This document shows positions 60,771-64,000 of a DNA stretch of 64,000 nt, piece after piece. Every line of letters starts with the position of its first letter. Within the stretch, counting starts at the first letter, position 1. The notes beneath the pieces were generated by a model that worked only from the letters and a program-made list of their open reading frames with translations, ran no database searches and was not told where the DNA came from. The DNA is taken from positions 1,664,001-1,728,000 of the forward strand of contig CAWGLD010000001.1 of assembly GCA_963823335.1 (NCBI GenBank), in the 5' to 3' direction. This DNA is from an uncultured delta proteobacterium (lineage in GTDB: Bacteria; Desulfobacterota; Desulfobacteria; Desulfobacterales; B30-G6). The translations under genes and the position numbers were made by a program.

Positions 60771-62765
60771 ATGAAATCAATCCAAAGTAATACCGAATCA
60801 AGACCTGAGATTTTGGCCCCGGCAGGCAACAGGGCTTCCTTTTTAGCAGCCATCGCCGCCGGTGCGGACGCGGTGTATTGTGGTCTGAAGCAATTTTCTG
60901 CCCGCATGGCAGCGCCCAATTTTACTTTTGAAGAGCTGGCAGCCTTGACACGCCTTGCCCATGCCAGGGGAATCAAGGTGTATGTGGCCTTTAACACCCT
61001 GGTAAAGCCCGCAGAACTGGGCAGGGCCGAAATCTTTCTACAGCGATTGAAATATGATGTCGATCCGGATGCATTGATCGTTCAGGACTTGTCCCTGCTT
61101 GCACTGGCGCGAAAGACCGGGTTTAAAAAAGAGCTGCATCTTTCTACCCTCACAAACGTGAGTTTTCCGGAGGCTCTCAATCTCGTGCGGCATGATCTTT
61201 CTGTGGACCGTGTGGTGTTACCCCGGGAACTGAACATCGACGAAATCAAAATGATGGCGGAAGCATGTCCGGAGGATCTGGGTCTGGAAGTTTTTATTCA
61301 CGGTGCCCTTTGCTACGGTGTTTCCGGAAGATGCTACTGGAGCAGTTATTTTGGTGGAAAAAGTGGTCTCAGGGGCAGATGCGTCCAACCCTGCAGGCGG
61401 CGTTACCGTGGAGAGCATGGCAATGAAAGATATTTCTCGTGCCAGGACCTGAGTCTGGATGTGCTGGTCAAAGTACTTCTCTCGCTTCCGCAGATACGGA
61501 CCTGGAAGATCGAGGGCCGCAAAAAGGGACCCCACTATGTCTACTACACCGTCACCGCCTACAAAATGCTGCGGGACGAAGGCAGTGATCCCAAAAAGAA
61601 GCGTGCGGCCCTGGAACTTCTTGCCATGGCCCTGGGACGTGTGTCTACTCATTACGGCTTTTTGCCCCAGCGACCGCAGAATCCCATTGATCTGTCCGCC
61701 CAAACCGGATCCGGGTTGCTGCTGGGCCGTATCCAGGGTTCGAAGCATCAATCCTACCTGGTTCCCCGGGAGGCCCTCATGACAGGCGATGTTCTCAGGA
61801 TCGGTTATGAAGATGATGCCTGGCACGTGGTCAGACGCATGAAGCAGTTTGTGCCTGCCCGGGGACGTTACCATCTGAAGGCACTTTCCCGGGACCGCCG
61901 GATAAAGGGAGCACCTGTTTTTCTGGTGGATCGTCAGGAAGACCATCTTCGTGACATGATAGTGGAACTCGAGCAGGAATTGGTTATCGGAGAGCCATTG
62001 AAGCATTACTCAGAGCGGAATATCAGGTCTCTGGAAAAGACCCAAAGACCCATCGACACAAAAGCATCTGTCGTCGATATACAGGTGAATCGAAGCCCGG
62101 TTTCCAAAAGCAAGTCAGGTGAGACCGGTTACTGGCTGTCGCCGGATTCCCTGGCGGCATGTCAAAAGACCCTCGTAAAAAAAATCTGGTGGTGGCTGCC
62201 GCCCGTGCTTTGGCCCGGTCAGGCAGGAGCGCTTCATGAATTGGTCGGTCTGGCAGTCCGTTCAGGAGCCGGACGTTTTGTATTGAACATGCCCTGGCAA
62301 TCCGTTTTATTTGAAAGACCTAACCGGTTGACCCTCTGGGCAGGGCCCTTCTGCAATATCGCCAATGGTTTTGCGGTCGGGCCTTTGAAACAACTGGGAT
62401 TTTCAGGTGTCATCGTCAGCCCTGAACTGGGGCAAAAGGATTATCTGGCACTTCCCGGTCAGAGCATCCTGCCCCTGGGAATCGTGTTGTCCGCCAACTG
62501 GCCCTTGTGCATTTCCAGAACGTTGGCGGAACAATTTAAAGAAGGGACACCGTTCACCAGTCCAAAGGGTGAAACAGCCTGGGCAGCAAAATATGGAGAG
62601 GATTTCTGGCTGTTTCCCAACTGGGAAGTGGATTTACAGGGAAAAAGAGAATTGCTGGCGGCCGCGGGTTACACTGTTTTTGTGCACCTGTCTGAACCGG
62701 TTCCGAAAACAGTCAGCATCAAGCAGAGACCCGGTCTCTGGAACTGGAAACTGGGAATGAAGTAG
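60771..62765 (+). CDS. U32-family protein (RlhA/TrhP-like Fe-S RNA hydroxylation family)
   Basis: PEILAPAG, GADAVY, HLST, LPREL, HGALCYGVSGRC, RGRCVQPCR and KIEGR motifs. Confidence 0.88.
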   Translation: MKSIQSNTESRPEILAPAGNRASFLAAIAAGADAVYCGLKQFSARMAAPNFTFEELAALTRLAHARGIKVYVAFNTLVKPAELGRAEIFLQRLKYDVDPDALIVQDLSLLALARKTGFKKELHLSTLTNVSFPEALNLVRHDLSVDRVVLPRELNIDEIKMMAEACPEDLGLEVFIHGALCYGVSGRCYWSSYFGGKSGLRGRCVQPCRRRYRGEHGNERYFSCQDLSLDVLVKVLLSLPQIRTWKIEGRKKGPHYVYYTVTAYKMLRDEGSDPKKKRAALELLAMALGRVSTHYGFLPQRPQNPIDLSAQTGSGLLLGRIQGSKHQSYLVPREALMTGDVLRIGYEDDAWHVVRRMKQFVPARGRYHLKALSRDRRIKGAPVFLVDRQEDHLRDMIVELEQELVIGEPLKHYSERNIRSLEKTQRPIDTKASVVDIQVNRSPVSKSKSGETGYWLSPDSLAACQKTLVKKIWWWLPPVLWPGQAGALHELVGLAVRSGAGRFVLNMPWQSVLFERPNRLTLWAGPFCNIANGFAVGPLKQLGFSGVIVSPELGQKDYLALPGQSILPLGIVLSANWPLCISRTLAEQFKEGTPFTSPKGETAWAAKYGEDFWLFPNWEVDLQGKRELLAAAGYTVFVHLSEPVPKTVSIKQRPGLWNWKLGMK

Positions 62766-62818
62766 GGTTTACTGAGTTTTTTTTCAAATCCGAAACACAA
62801 AACACCAAACACAAAAGA

Positions 62819-63226
62819 TTATCTATCCTTCAGACCGGATTTCAGTTTTTTTTCGAGATCGGCGAAGAGGTTCTTGCGCTTTTCTTTCTGGTCGGCCTGA
62901 ATAGAGGCTACTTTCTCTGCATAGCCTTTGCGGGTGGATTTGAACTGCTTCAACGCTTCGTCAAGCTTGCTTTCCTGATCCGACATGGGGATTTCTTCCA
63001 GAAGGGTATGGTCTTTTATAAAGAGACGCATTCCATACGCACCTTCGACGATTTCAAGAATCCCCATTTCCACAAGCTTGTTGCATATGAAATGACCTTG
63101 TTCAAGGGAGAAACCCAGGAGGCTGCAAACATCTTCGATGGATGGAGGGGCGGATTTTTGATGATCTAAAATCCGGATTGCGGAAACAAATAGATGAGAA
63201 TGATGATAGGTTTTTATGGTTTTCAT
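62819..63226 (-). CDS. Hypothetical protein with winged-helix-like N-terminus and charged coiled-coil tail
   Basis: PPSIEDVCSLL...LVEMGILE pattern; clean ORF with RBS-like AAGG. Confidence 0.6.
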   Translation of the reverse strand: MKTIKTYHHSHLFVSAIRILDHQKSAPPSIEDVCSLLGFSLEQGHFICNKLVEMGILEIVEGAYGMRLFIKDHTLLEEIPMSDQESKLDEALKQFKSTRKGYAEKVASIQADQKEKRKNLFADLEKKLKSGLKDR

Positions 63227-63239
63227 TGCATGCCTTTTC

Positions 63240-64000
<761 letters not shown>

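Overview
Gene-dense chromosomal window from an anaerobic Gram-negative bacterium. The gene content (HdrL/MvhD/MetVF, Sec-formate dehydrogenase, CooC, FadF-ETF) suggests Desulfobacterota, possibly Desulfobacterales-like; this is an inference. Housekeeping and metabolic genes include qor, msrAB, a Mo/W oxidoreductase, rnd, thrS, class I lysS, pepA, moeA/mobB, argB, argG-carA-carB, pyrB, cooC, pldA, a U32 protein and eno. Four genes are split in the ORF track by in-frame UGA codons at conserved Cys positions, each followed by a SECIS-like hairpin: fdhA, and hdrL, mvhD and an hdrD-like gene in an hdrL-mvhD-hdrD-metV-metF operon. Also present are a porin plus pentaheme cytochrome pair, a FadR-type regulated beta-oxidation/ETF operon whose regulator appears to start at ATC, and a decaying MSHA/type IV pilus locus. 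The most notable unannotated signal is an apparently complete ribosome-dependent transcription attenuator ahead of argG-carAB: a promoter, a 28-aa leader with RRRCR, an antiterminator and a U10 terminator. The intergenic DNA carries several palindromic repeat families, including a 144-bp frame-preserving RPE-like element and a G-rich octamer tract found directly after stop codons. No rRNA, tRNA, CRISPR array or intact transposase was recognised.
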